Shown here in pieces: positions 1 to 10,000 of a stretch of DNA of 32,000 nucleotides. A program made the position numbers and the translations under genes. Position 1 is the stretch's first letter. Each line of letters opens with the position of its first letter. The stretch lies in contig OZ246396.1 in assembly GCA_965230905.1 (NCBI GenBank), positions 210,001 to 242,000 of the forward strand, read 5' to 3'. The stretch is from Candidatus Saccharimonadota bacterium. Lineage in GTDB: Bacteria > Patescibacteriota > Gracilibacteria > UBA1369 > 2-02-FULL-48-14. Under the pieces are notes generated by a model. It worked only from the letters and a program-made list of their open reading frames with translations. It did not search any database and was not told the DNA's origin.

Positions 1-1975
1 CGATGAAGGTTCCCAGCGGGAATTTCACATCCACGTTTTGCAAATTGTGTTCGGTGGCTCCCAAAATTTCCAGCGATTTTCCGTTTCCTTTGCGGCGTTT
101 TTTTGGCGTTGGAATTTCTTTTTTACCGGAAAGGTATTGCCCGGTGATGGAGTTTTTGTCCTTCATGATTTCCGCAGGCGTACCGGCGGCGATCACGTTT
201 CCTCCATGCTTCCCGGCGCCCGGTCCGATGTCCAAAATATAATCGGCAGCGAGCATGGTATCCACGTCGTGTTCCACCACAATCACGGTGTTGCCGATGT
301 CGCGCAAAGTTGTGAGGGTTTGAATGAGTTTTTCGTTGTCGTTTTGGTGAAGTCCAATGGAGGGTTCATCGAGCACATAGAGCACGCCCACCAGGTGGGA
401 TCCGATTTGCGTCGCGAGACGAATACGCTGCGCCTCTCCGCCAGAAAGGGTGTTGGCGGCGCGGTCGAGCGTGAGGTAAGAAACTCCCACGTGATTCAAA
501 AATCCGAGGCGAGAATAGACTTCACGCAAAATGGGCTCAGAAATCATTTTGTTCATCGCGGTGAGCTTGAGCCCTTTGAAAAATTCTTCGGCTTCGGCGA
601 TGGAAAGTGAGGTAACATCGGAGATGGAGCGCTCGTTAATAGTGACCGCAAGCATCTCGGGTTTGAGACGTTTTCCTTCACACACCGGGCAGAGTAAAAC
701 TCGCATGAATTGTTCGATTTTTCCGCGCACGTATTCGGAGTCGGTTTCTAGGAAGCGGCGTTCCAAGTTGGGGATCACTCCTTCAAATTTGGTTTGGAAT
801 TCGCCTTTGGAAAACCCGTCGCCGGAGGTCATTTTTACGGAGTATTTTTCTTCACCCGTTCCGTACATCACTTTTTGCATCTGGGCGTCGGTGAGTTTTT
901 CTACCGGCGCGTCCGCAGAGAATTTGAAACGCTTCGCCACTTCTTCCAAAATATTGTTGTACCAAGTGAGGTGCGAGCTGGTCGCGGACCAAGGCAAAAT
1001 CGCGCCTTCGGAAAGGCTGAGTTTTTTGTTGGGGATCACGAGCTCGGGGTCGATTTCAAGTTTGGTTCCAAGTCCATGACATTCTTCACACGCGCCGTGT
1101 GGGCTGTTGAACGAAAAATTCCGTGGCTCGATCTCCGTGATGCTCACTTCCGGATGGTCGTCACACGCAAAGGTCTCGGAAAATTTCTGGATTTCGCCGG
1201 TTTCATTGTCCATCACCATCATCACTCCTTCCCCATGACGCAGCGTCATTTCCACCGAGTCCGCGAGCCGCGTGAGGTCAGGATTTGGGATTTCCACTTT
1301 TTCACCGGTGGACAATTCCTTGTACATTTTTTCAAACTTTTTCACGGCCAAACGGTCCACCACGATTTCAATGTCGTGTGATTTATTTTTATCGATTTCG
1401 GGCAGTTCCACCACGGAATAAACCTCGCCGTCCACACGCACACGCACAAATCCTTCCTTCTTAATTTTTTCAAACACGGCGGTGTGTTCGCCTTTTCGTC
1501 CGTGCATCATGGGCGCGAGCAAAAGCACACGGCGTCCCTCACCCATGGCCATAATATGGTCCACAATTTGCGTCGCAGTTTGGCGCACGATGGGTTTTTT
1601 ACATTTAGGACAGTGCGGAATTCCCACACGAGCAAAGAGCAAACGCAGATGGTCGTAAATTTCCGTCACGGTTCCCACGGTTGAACGTGGATTGCGCGGC
1701 GCGGTCTTTTGATCGATAGAAATCGCTGGCGAAAGTCCTTCAATAGACTCCACATCCGGCTTTTCCATCACTCCCAAAAACTGACGAGCATAGGTCGAGA
1801 GCGATTCCACATAACGTCGTTGTCCTTCGGCGTAAATCGTGTCAAAAGCGAGGGTGGATTTTCCGGAACCCGAGAGTCCCGTGATCACCGTGAGCTTATC
1901 GCGCGGAATCTCCACATCGATGTTCTTCAAATTGTGCATCTTGGCTCCTTTGACCTTTATGCTCGTTGCTTGCAT
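1..1975 (-). CDS. uvrA: Excinuclease ABC subunit A (UvrA), N-terminal ~658 aa; the C-terminal part lies beyond the window start
   Basis: Minus-strand translation from the ATG at 1975-1973 gives [67 protein letters not shown] (Walker A). Around 330-480 it reads [27 protein letters not shown]...[13 protein letters not shown] (ABC signature plus Walker B). The frame is continuous with 1975. It is absent from the ORF track only because it runs off the edge. Confidence 0.95.
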   Translation of the reverse strand, partial: MQATSIKVKGAKMHNLKNIDVEIPRDKLTVITGLSGSGKSTLAFDTIYAEGQRRYVESLSTYARQFLGVMEKPDVESIEGLSPAISIDQKTAPRNPRSTVGTVTEIYDHLRLLFARVGIPHCPKCKKPIVRQTATQIVDHIMAMGEGRRVLLLAPMMHGRKGEHTAVFEKIKKEGFVRVRVDGEVYSVVELPEIDKNKSHDIEIVVDRLAVKKFEKMYKELSTGEKVEIPNPDLTRLADSVEMTLRHGEGVMMVMDNETGEIQKFSETFACDDHPEVSITEIEPRNFSFNSPHGACEECHGLGTKLEIDPELVIPNKKLSLSEGAILPWSATSSHLTWYNNILEEVAKRFKFSADAPVEKLTDAQMQKVMYGTGEEKYSVKMTSGDGFSKGEFQTKFEGVIPNLERRFLETDSEYVRGKIEQFMRVLLCPVCEGKRLKPEMLAVTINERSISDVTSLSIAEAEEFFKGLKLTAMNKMISEPILREVYSRLGFLNHVGVSYLTLDRAANTLSGGEAQRIRLATQIGSHLVGVLYVLDEPSIGLHQNDNEKLIQTLTTLRDIGNTVIVVEHDVDTMLAADYILDIGPGAGKHGGNVIAAGTPAEIMKDKNSITGQYLSGKKEIPTPKKRRKGNGKSLEILGATEHNLQNVDVKFPLGTFI

Positions 1976-2050
1976 GCGAAAAAAGCTAATTAATATAATT
2001 TCTCGGCCGATGGAGTTTAGCAGCAAAAAACAGATTACGCAAGGATCTTG

Positions 2051-2197
2051 ATCTAGAATTTCCTTTCCCTGTTTTGCCCTAGGCTTGTATTTCTTCAACG
2101 GGGGCGAAAGAACTCGGATCATGATCCTCGTCCTTTCTTCCTTATAGTTTATGTTTCATAAATACAAGCCTAGGACCACGGAAAGGAAATTCTAGAT
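2051..2197 (-). repeat. 147-bp nested imperfect palindrome in the prsW-uvrA intergenic region (rod-like hairpin element)
   Basis: The outer arm atctagaatttcctttcc (2051-2068) pairs perfectly with 2180-2197. The inner arm cctaggcttgtattt (2078-2092) pairs perfectly with 2160-2174. An asymmetric internal loop (9 nt vs 5 nt) separates the arms. The central region holds a further hairpin, gaaagaac-tc-GGATCATGATCC-tc-gtcctttc (2106-2137). Its only mismatch (a2111/c2132) becomes a U-G wobble on the minus strand. Confidence 0.7.
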
Positions 2198-2258
2198 TCA
2201 TAAATAGAGGAAGACTGCTTGGAGAGATTCAGCATAAAGGCTCCCGCTGAATCGAGCC

Positions 2259-3176
2259 CTACTGGTCCAAAATATTTGCCACTTCTCCCTTTATCACGGC
2301 GCGCTTTTTCATGGCGACATCCCACAGGGATTTGTGCACGTGGGCACTGGAGTTTTCGCCCACCAAGTAACCGTAGGCCTTCAAATTTTCCTTGCGTTTG
2401 AAGAGGTAGTCGAGGAAAGAATAGCCGAAGACGAGGAACGGAATCATGAAGAAAGTGAGGTTCATTTCCAGCAGAATGTTGAAGGCTCCGTGGAGCAAAA
2501 CGGCCAAGAGCAGTCCTTCCGTGATCTTTTCGCGGGCAAAGACACGGTTGCTCTTGAAGTGCATGATTTTATGGAAAAAGTCATAAATCTTGTGACGGCC
2601 CTGGCGTTGTTCTTCAGACCAAATGGGCTCGGCAAAGTAGGCAATTCCATAGTAGTAACCAAAGATTCCCGAGAATAGGATGTGGGCAAAGGTTGAAAAA
2701 ACAGACCGGAAGACAAAGGAAACCATGAAGATTTCGAGGCCCTGGTAGGTCCAAATGTAGTAAAAATAGAGAATGTTTTCTACAAAGGCGAAACCGAGGG
2801 CGGCGATGATGGAAAATTCGATCGCGTCGTCTATGTTGCGGAAAAATCCACGGTCGGTGCGGCGAACCACCAGGTGTTTCATGTACTCTTCAATCACTCC
2901 CACAAACATAAAGGCCAAGAGGGTTCCCACGGGCAAATACAGGTAAGGCGTGAAGTCGAACACGTCCATTTGGAAGTTGTTGGTGTAGTTGAACACATTG
3001 ATCTGAGGAAAGTAGTTCCAGCTCCATTTGTACAACAAAATTGGCACCACGGCAGCCATCCCCATCAGGAAGGTTTGTTTTGCTTTGGGACGGTAAACCG
3101 GATCCTTCTTATAGAAGAGGAAACCCCATATAATGGCAGGTATACACGCGAGAAGAATGGTGGCTAGGATACGCAT
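2259..3176 (-). CDS. PrsW-family intramembrane metalloprotease (polytopic membrane protein)
   Basis: The ORF has multiple TM segments and PrsW-like motifs: VIEEYMKH (EExxK), FAFVENILYF and LLHGAFNILL. The ATG at 3176 is preferred over the TTG at 3179. Confidence 0.7.
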   Translation of the reverse strand: MRILATILLACIPAIIWGFLFYKKDPVYRPKAKQTFLMGMAAVVPILLYKWSWNYFPQINVFNYTNNFQMDVFDFTPYLYLPVGTLLAFMFVGVIEEYMKHLVVRRTDRGFFRNIDDAIEFSIIAALGFAFVENILYFYYIWTYQGLEIFMVSFVFRSVFSTFAHILFSGIFGYYYGIAYFAEPIWSEEQRQGRHKIYDFFHKIMHFKSNRVFAREKITEGLLLAVLLHGAFNILLEMNLTFFMIPFLVFGYSFLDYLFKRKENLKAYGYLVGENSSAHVHKSLWDVAMKKRAVIKGEVANILDQ

Positions 3177-3205
3177 CAAGTCTGTTAGAGTGCTTCAATC
3201 TGTTA

Positions 3206-3234
3206 ATTATAACATAAAATGAGCTGCCTAACAA
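3206..3234 (-). promoter_or_regulatory. Sigma70-like promoter for the prsW-like gene
   Basis: The minus strand reads TTGTTA (3234-3229), a 17-nt spacer, then TATAAT (3211-3206). This sits about 30 nt upstream of the start at 3176. Confidence 0.45.
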
Positions 3235-3239
3235 GACTT

Positions 3240-4307
3240 CTAGACCTCGATCGCCCCCTCTTTCACCCAATAAACCCGGGCTTGTTTAAGGCCTTTTACG
3301 TGGTCCAAGGAGGTGGTGGTGAGTATGCATTGGTAGTTTTGCAATAAATCGCCCAGTTTTTCTTGGCGGCGTTCGTCCAGCTCGGAAAAAACGTCGTCCA
3401 GTAGGAGCAGCGGCTTTTCCCCGGTCATTGCCTCCATGTACTTGAGTTCGGCGATTTTGAGCACCAAAACGGCGCTGCGCTGTTCCCCGCGTGAGCCGCA
3501 TTCGGCCAATTCTTTATCTTCTAAAAACAGGGTGAAATCGTCGCGGTGCGGGCCCAGCGAGGTCGATCCACTCTGAATATCGCTGCTGCGGTGCGCGATG
3601 AGGCGTTCTTCAAAGCGCTCTTTGGTGAGCCGGGCTTCCAGGGTGAGGGTTTTGCCCGTTCCGGCTATGGAATCGTAGTTTTCTTCGAGAGTTTTTTTGA
3701 GGAAGGCCATGAAGGGCTCGCGTTTTTCCCAAATCTTTAGAGCTTCCTCCACCAATCGCGCGTCCCAGAGGTCGAGTTCCCACTCCTGGGCACGGCCAAA
3801 TTGAATGCGCTTGAGCAAGGCATTGCGGTGGTTCAGAATTCGCTGATAATTGCTGAGCGCCTCCAAATACGCCTTGTCCACTTGGATGAGCAAACGGTCC
3901 AGGTACTGGCGGCGGGCCTGAGGGCTACCGGTGACCAAATCCAGATGATCTGGCGTGAAAAGCACCGCGCGCAGCGTGCCGATGAAGTTTTTGGGACTTG
4001 TCCACTTTGACTGCTTTTTTACTTTTTTGGTGTCCGGGTCGCGCTGCAAAAAAACCTCCAGGGAGGTTTCTTTGCCTTTGCGTTCGATGCCGGCGCGGAT
4101 TCGCCCGTGCGGACGGTCCCACTTCAGGGTTTCCATGGCTTTGCTGGCACGAAAAGACTTGCCCAGTGCCAGAAAGGCGATGCTTTCGAGGAGGTTCGTT
4201 TTACCCTGGGCGTTGAGACCCACCAGCGCCGTAACGGGTGCGTCCAGCTCGAGTTCCAACGCATCGTAATTGCGAAAATGTTCGAGCTTAAGCCATTTGA
4301 GTTTCAT
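3240..4307 (-). CDS. recF: DNA replication and repair protein RecF
   Basis: MKLKWLKLEHFRNYDALELELDAPVTALVGLNAQGKTNLLESIAFLALGKSFRA matches the RecF N-terminus and Walker A. The C-terminal LLLLDDVFSELD is the Walker B. Confidence 0.93.
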   Translation of the reverse strand: MKLKWLKLEHFRNYDALELELDAPVTALVGLNAQGKTNLLESIAFLALGKSFRASKAMETLKWDRPHGRIRAGIERKGKETSLEVFLQRDPDTKKVKKQSKWTSPKNFIGTLRAVLFTPDHLDLVTGSPQARRQYLDRLLIQVDKAYLEALSNYQRILNHRNALLKRIQFGRAQEWELDLWDARLVEEALKIWEKREPFMAFLKKTLEENYDSIAGTGKTLTLEARLTKERFEERLIAHRSSDIQSGSTSLGPHRDDFTLFLEDKELAECGSRGEQRSAVLVLKIAELKYMEAMTGEKPLLLLDDVFSELDERRQEKLGDLLQNYQCILTTTSLDHVKGLKQARVYWVKEGAIEV

Positions 4308-4335
4308 GGAAGGCAGTTTAGTATATAATTAGGCT

Positions 4336-4659
4336 ATGAGTCCAAAAGAACTCAAAAAAATCCAGCCGGTCATACAGAGAATCGTAGAAGGATATGCTCC
4401 ACAAAAAATCATCCTTTTTGGTTCTCGTGCTTGGGGTAACCCAACTGAGGACAGTGATTATGATTTTGTGATTGTTAAGAAAGGAAAAACTAAACGAAAT
4501 TATTTTAGTGAGTTAATGAAAGTACGGACACTGATTGGAGGTGAAGTTGCGGTGGATGTTTTACTCTACTCCCCAAGAGAATTTGCCAGTCGTGTAAAAG
4601 AGGGTGATCTCTTCTTAAGAAATATTGTTAAAAAAGGCGCGCTGCTTTATGAACAGTAA
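4336..4659 (+). CDS. Minimal nucleotidyltransferase (MNT/MntA-like), predicted antitoxin partner of the HEPN protein
   Basis: ILFGSRAWGNPTEDSDYDFVIV carries the GS...DxD polymerase-beta-type NTase motif. The protein is 107 aa. TATAAT at 4324-4329 lies only 6 nt before the ATG, so the transcript may be leaderless. Confidence 0.75.
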   Translation: MSPKELKKIQPVIQRIVEGYAPQKIILFGSRAWGNPTEDSDYDFVIVKKGKTKRNYFSELMKVRTLIGGEVAVDVLLYSPREFASRVKEGDLFLRNIVKKGALLYEQ

Positions 4660-5032
4660 ATTTATTAAAGAATGGATAAGAAAGGCTGAGAAGGATGAAT
4701 TTGCCTTAAAACACCTTCTACCTTTGGAAAAAGCAGCAGGGCATGCTTGTTTTCTATCCCAACAAGTGGCAGAAAAATACCTAAAGGCCTATCTAACTGC
4801 GAACGAATATTTGCCACCGAAAACACATCAACTTCTTGTCCTCCTCGATCTATGTGTAGAATTTTCAAAGGATTTTTCTTGCTTGAAGGAAGAGGCTGTC
4901 TTTCTAAGTGATTTTTACATCATCACTCGCTACCCTTCTGAACGACCTGACCCTACCCTTGAAGATGCCGAAAAAGCTTTTGAGATGGCTAGAAAATTTA
5001 AGGATATGGTTTTGAAGAAGTTGACCCTCTAA
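4649..5032 (+). CDS. HEPN domain protein (HepT-like), predicted toxin partner of the MNT protein
   Basis: It has a HEPN-like helical sequence (KYLKAYL...FYIITRYPSERPDP). The ATG at 4649 overlaps the MNT stop (4657-4659) by 11 nt. The track ORF begins earlier, at 4625. Confidence 0.7.
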   Translation: MNSKFIKEWIRKAEKDEFALKHLLPLEKAAGHACFLSQQVAEKYLKAYLTANEYLPPKTHQLLVLLDLCVEFSKDFSCLKEEAVFLSDFYIITRYPSERPDPTLEDAEKAFEMARKFKDMVLKKLTL

Positions 5033-5041
5033 CAACAAATT

Positions 5042-5137
5042 ATGTCTACTACAGAAATCGAAACTATTGTCGTCACTTCTGATCTCCAGAAGAAAATGGA
5101 TGAAATCGGTGATTTACTTTTAGAAAAGAAGCTCTAG
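5042..5137 (+). pseudogene. Possible 5' remnant of a cutA-like gene (31 codons, then TAG)
   Basis: MSTTEIETIVVTSDLQKKMDEIGDLLLEKKL* resembles the CutA N-terminus (v.v.T...e.A..ia..LlEkkLAAC). It stops exactly where AAC would follow, and no continuation exists in any frame. Confidence 0.3.
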
Positions 5138-5239
5138 CCGTAATTACAATTTGTTTTTTTATGGCTTCTCGATTAGTCTAAGCCCACTATCAAGCAAGCA
5201 AGCATGTGGTGTAAGCCACAAGCTTCCCCCCCCTCCTCT

Positions 5240-7018
5240 ATGCATCAAGAACCTTCCGAAAAGCTCTCGCACATGCGGCACTCGCTCGCCCACCTTTTGG
5301 CAGCGGCCGTTATGGAAATGTGGCCAAACACTAAGCGGACCATTGGACCGGCTATTGATAACGGGTTTTATTTTGACTTTGAATTTGAGACGCCGATCAC
5401 GCAGGAGGATTTGCCAAAAATCGAGAAGAAGATGCGACAGATTCTGCCAACGTGGACGACTTTTGAACGAAGCGAGCTGAGCAAAGAAGAAGCAAAAAAA
5501 GAATTCGAAGGAAATGAATTCAAGTGCGAATTGATCGATGAATTTTCTAGCGAAGGGCAAACTTTGACGTTCTACAAATCGGGGAATTATTGGGACTTGT
5601 GCCGTGGAGGACACGTGGACAACATGAAAGCGGAGATCGATCCTAAATCGTTTAAATTGAGCAAAATCGCCGGTGCGTACTGGCGCGGGAGCGAGAAAAA
5701 TCCTCAGCTGACGCGTATTTATGGGCTCGCGTTTGAAACGCCGGAAGAGCTGGATGCGTATTTGAAAATGATGGAAGAAGCCGAAAAGCGTGACCACCGA
5801 AAACTCGGGAAGGAGTTGGAAATTTTTATGCTGAGTGAAGAAGTGGGTGCCGGCCTGCCACTATGGCTACCGAATGGAGCGATTGTGGTGGAGGAACTCG
5901 AAAAGCTGGCAAAGCAGGTGGAATTTGATGGCGATTACAAGCGCGTGCGCACGCCGCACATCACCAAGGGAAGTTTGTACCACAAGTCCGGGCATTTACC
6001 GTACTACGCGGAAACCATGTTTCCACCGATGGTGATGGACAACGAGGAGTATTACTTGAAGCCGATGAACTGCCCGCACCACCATTTGATTTATGGGAAC
6101 AAGACGCGGTCGTACCGTGACTTGCCGATTCGTCTCGCGGAATACGGGCACTGTTACCGTTACGAAGACAGTGGAGCTTTGTTCGGGCTCATGCGAGTGC
6201 GATCTTTGTGTATGAACGACGCGCATATTTATTGCCGTCCTGATCAATTTGAAGATGAGTTCATCAAAGTGATGGAACTTTATAAAAATTATTCCAAGAT
6301 TTTTGGTATCAAAAAAATGGTGATGCGACTTTCACTCCACAACGAAGAAGGGCTGGGAAAGAAATATGTGAACGAACCGGAACTCTGGATTCAAACGGAA
6401 GAACAAGTGCGCAATGCGATGATCAAAGCCGGTATCGATTTTGTGGAAGCGCCCGGTGAAGCCGCGTTTTATGGACCTAAGATTGATGTGGAAGTGTGGT
6501 CCGCCATTGGACGTGAATTCACGCTGGCCACGAACCAGCTCGACTTCGCGGTTCCTAAGCGCTTTGACCTCACCTACATAGACAGCGATGGACAAGAAAA
6601 AACTCCGCTCTGTGTGCACCGCGCGCCGCTGGGAACGCATGAACGTTTCGTAGGATTTTTGATTGAACATTTTGCCGGTGCCTTCCCCACTTGGCTCGCG
6701 CCCGTGCAGGCCATTGTGCTGCCGGTGTCCGACAAATTCTTGGACTACGCGCGTGAAGTGGAAGCCGCCCTCAAGGCCGCAAATGTGCGCGTGGAAACGG
6801 ACGACTCTGCCGAAAGCCTCGGTAAAAAAATCCGTGGCGCCGAGAAGCGTAAGATTCCTTGGATGCTGGTGGTGGGAGAACAGGAAGTGGCCGACAAAAC
6901 AGTGGCTGCCCGCAATTACCACACCAAAAAACAGGAACCCATTAAGCTGGATGCTTTTGTGCCGCAAGTGGCGGAGGAAATCCGAACACGTGCCCTGCCC
7001 GAAACGATGGAGGCTTAA
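5240..7018 (+). CDS. thrS: Threonine--tRNA ligase, short form lacking the TGS (N1) domain
   Basis: HMRHSLAHLLAAAVMEMWPNTKRTIGPAIDNGFYFDF (editing/SAD HxxxH), AGAYWRGSEKNPQLTRIYG, RDHRKLGKEL, NCPHHHLIY and the class II motifs are all present. The ATG at 5240 (MHQEPSEK) is preferred over the upstream track start at 5204. Confidence 0.95.
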   Translation: MHQEPSEKLSHMRHSLAHLLAAAVMEMWPNTKRTIGPAIDNGFYFDFEFETPITQEDLPKIEKKMRQILPTWTTFERSELSKEEAKKEFEGNEFKCELIDEFSSEGQTLTFYKSGNYWDLCRGGHVDNMKAEIDPKSFKLSKIAGAYWRGSEKNPQLTRIYGLAFETPEELDAYLKMMEEAEKRDHRKLGKELEIFMLSEEVGAGLPLWLPNGAIVVEELEKLAKQVEFDGDYKRVRTPHITKGSLYHKSGHLPYYAETMFPPMVMDNEEYYLKPMNCPHHHLIYGNKTRSYRDLPIRLAEYGHCYRYEDSGALFGLMRVRSLCMNDAHIYCRPDQFEDEFIKVMELYKNYSKIFGIKKMVMRLSLHNEEGLGKKYVNEPELWIQTEEQVRNAMIKAGIDFVEAPGEAAFYGPKIDVEVWSAIGREFTLATNQLDFAVPKRFDLTYIDSDGQEKTPLCVHRAPLGTHERFVGFLIEHFAGAFPTWLAPVQAIVLPVSDKFLDYAREVEAALKAANVRVETDDSAESLGKKIRGAEKRKIPWMLVVGEQEVADKTVAARNYHTKKQEPIKLDAFVPQVAEEIRTRALPETMEA

Positions 7019-10000
7019 TGCCCGCCGCCGTGCGTTGAGCCGTGTGAGCTTGGGCCACCTTCCGTGGGAGTGTGTCCTTCAGCGTGCGCGTCTCCGTGGC
7101 CGCCGTGGGCACCGTGACTTCCGTGAGCACCATGGTCGTCATGATGCGCGTGACCATGGTGATCTTCTACCAGTTTTCCACCTTCCATCTTCTTCGCAAA
7201 CTCCTGGCGGAAGTGTTTCATCTTGCCCTCACGTTCCTCTCGACGGGCGTGCGCGCTCTTCATCTTATCGATAGTTTCTTTGCTCTCTCCAGAAGCTATT
7301 GCAGCGGCTTTCATGGCTGCTATGTTAGCAGTGTGTTCGGCCTTCATAGTGTTGAGGTAATTTCGAATCGAAGGTTTACCATTTTTTATGGCGTAATCAA
7401 TATAGACACCGATGTTTTCATACAATTTATCCACGGTGGTGGGCAGTGGATTCTCAGCAAAAATTCCTGGGTAAGCGGCCAGCATATTCTGGGCAAAGGT
7501 GGCCGCCTCCGTATCGTTTTTAAACTCGTTGTTTATAAGTTTGCGGATCATTGGAAAGTTGCTGTCAAAATCCAACAAATGCAAATGCTGCTTCATGGTT
7601 TTTAAGTGGGCTCCTGTCGACATTTTTCCACGTCCATAGTAGAGACCGTAACCTCCAGCAGCACGAGGTTCCGCCTCACGCGTGGCGTTGCTCATGCGGT
7701 AATAATTCCCTTGGTTGGCGTAGATTCGTCCGGAGGTGATTCCATCAAAGGTCATGATGGTTTCCACTACGTTTGAAAGCGCTTTTTGTCCGGTGTCATC
7801 CGTGAATTCGTCGTAGCTTTCTGCCAGCGTATCCAGCGTGAAGAGCATACCCACCGTACCGTTTTGAACGGCGGTTTCTTGGAGTCCATATCCTTCGTTG
7901 TTGGCTTGCAACAAACGTTTAACCGTACTGCTATTGAGGTATCCGGCAAAGGCCGTGAAGTAGTCATGATCCAAACGCATACCTTGTGATTGCGCCTTCA
8001 CGAGACGTTGACGAACCTTTGGCAAGTACATCACGTGGCTGTGGAACCAATCCATGTATTCTTCTTTGTTCATCTCTGACCATTCCTGCACATCTTCCAG
8101 CACTGGTTTTTGACCACGCTTGGTGGGCGACGCAAAGATTTCAATGGCGGGATAGTTGTTGTTGAGACCGGTGAACACGGAACCACGTTCCAAGGGAAGC
8201 AGTCCTTTTCCAATTCCTTGAATGAGGTAGTAGAGCACGTCTTCGGCGTCCATTTTACCTTCCTTAATCGCGTAGAGGAGCACGGCTTCGTACTTCACCG
8301 GATCGGCGTCGGAGCCACCGTGTTTGGAAGGGTCTTCCAGATCTTTTAGGTATTCCGCCAAGATCGGTTTTATTTCGGATTCCAATCCACCCGTTTTTTC
8401 AGAAACTTCGGCGAATCGGGAACTGAATTTCCCTTTTTCACTTTCAATGGCGCTGGAGTTGCTGGTTCTCCAATTTTGGTACAAGTCTATATCTCCGTAG
8501 AGTAAGTTCACCCCTTTTTTAATGAGGTCTTCAGAACGCGCATTGTTGGACTGATGCCAGTGTCTACTGGCGGGAATAGGATAGGTGCTTTGCCATCGGT
8601 TCAATTGCAGCAAGAATCCTTCGTCGTCAAAACGCATACGTCCTTTTTTGGCCAACAATTCAATCACCGCACGGAACTCAAATTGGTTCGTGGTGTCGTG
8701 CATCACGTGAATGAGGTGGGACACTGGGGCATGATCGTGATTCTTCATCCATTCCTGGTAGTCGTTTGTTTCCGCGTGCTCCTGTTCAATGGCCATTTTT
8801 CCGGCAATTTCTTTCAAAGGCCGGAGCTGTTCTTCAAAAATCGGCGTGGGCAGTTTTTTAAGAAACTCGAAGGCCTTGCTTCCCCAAATACCCGCTTTAC
8901 GTTGGGTGTCACGATCGTAGTTTTTCTTAAATACATCCTGAATGGCGTGCGAAACGATTCCAAAGGTGGGACCGGGCGCGAGCCAGTAAATTTTGTAGCC
9001 CTTTTTTTTCTTACCTTGAGACGCCTGTTCTTCTTCAACCAGGGCGATTTTCTTAAGAATATCTGGGTATACGGTCTCTATGGATTTTTCGGCTCCGTTG
9101 ATCTGGCCTTCCAAGGCCTTGAGGGCGTCGCTGAAGCGGAACATCATGTGGTTTCGCTCGGTTTCACTGACGGGAACTTTGGAGATGAAATCCAACTGAC
9201 CTTTAAGACCCTTGGTGAGCACATGTTTGACCCCTCCATACTCCTTCCCTTCGGAGGCCGCTTCGGTGCTATTTAGAACATCGTCAATGACTGCATTGAG
9301 GTCACGGTTCTTTATAAGATGCTCTTTCAACTTTTCTATTTCCTTCACCACTTCAGGATCGGCTCCCTCGATTTGGGGCTTTATGGCTTCGATGCGGCTA
9401 AGGACTTCATCTATTTTTTGACGGTTTCTCGCCACCACTTCATCGGTGATTTTTGTCGTGCGAAGAGCTTCAATTCTCTGCAGCTCTTGCGCCAGTTTTG
9501 CTGGATTCAGACCGTGTGACTGCCCTTCTCGGTACAGATCCAGCGTGGTCTCCATGTTCCGGATTCCCTCCCACATGTTCCGTGCTTTTTCAAAAACACG
9601 AGACCCTTCAGGGAAGGCTGGATTTCTGGAATCGAAACGCTCGAGACGCTCCGATTCATCCATTATCTGTTCCGCTGCATGTATCCAATCAGCCGCTGCG
9701 GATTCATACCCAGGAGGAGGGTCCGCTTCCCATTCAACTTGAAACGCAATTAAGCGCCGTTGGAAGTCTTCAATCATCAGTTCACGAGTCACCCTGAGTG
9801 CGTCGGACCGCTTGTCCACCAGTTTTTGAATCACGTAATCTATGTCCGTCAGCACTTCGGAGGTTCGTGCTTGGTAATCGGCGGAGGTTTTTCTTTGCAG
9901 ATTTCCCCAGTCGATGTCCTGGCCTATGTTCATTCCTTGCAATCTCTCGATTTGCTGACGTCCAGCCAACATTTCTCGGTAAGCTCCTACGATTTTGTCT

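Noticed and set aside
38-1993. + strand ORFs 38-610, 531-1079, 794-1381, 1484-1684 and 1709-1993
   Set aside because: All lie antisense to an uninterrupted minus-strand frame with unmistakable UvrA motifs. Their translations are low-complexity (H/F/R-rich) shadow ORFs.
2051-2197. Calling the 147-bp palindrome a MITE or a terminator
   Set aside because: It has no flanking target-site duplication and no second copy in 32 kb. No U run follows the stem on either strand. It is kept as an unexplained structured element instead.
5159-6967. Minus-strand ORFs 5159-5797 and 6332-6967, plus smaller ones inside thrS
   Set aside because: They are antisense to the ThrRS frame, which carries all the class II and editing motifs. 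The antisense ORFs have no recognisable features.
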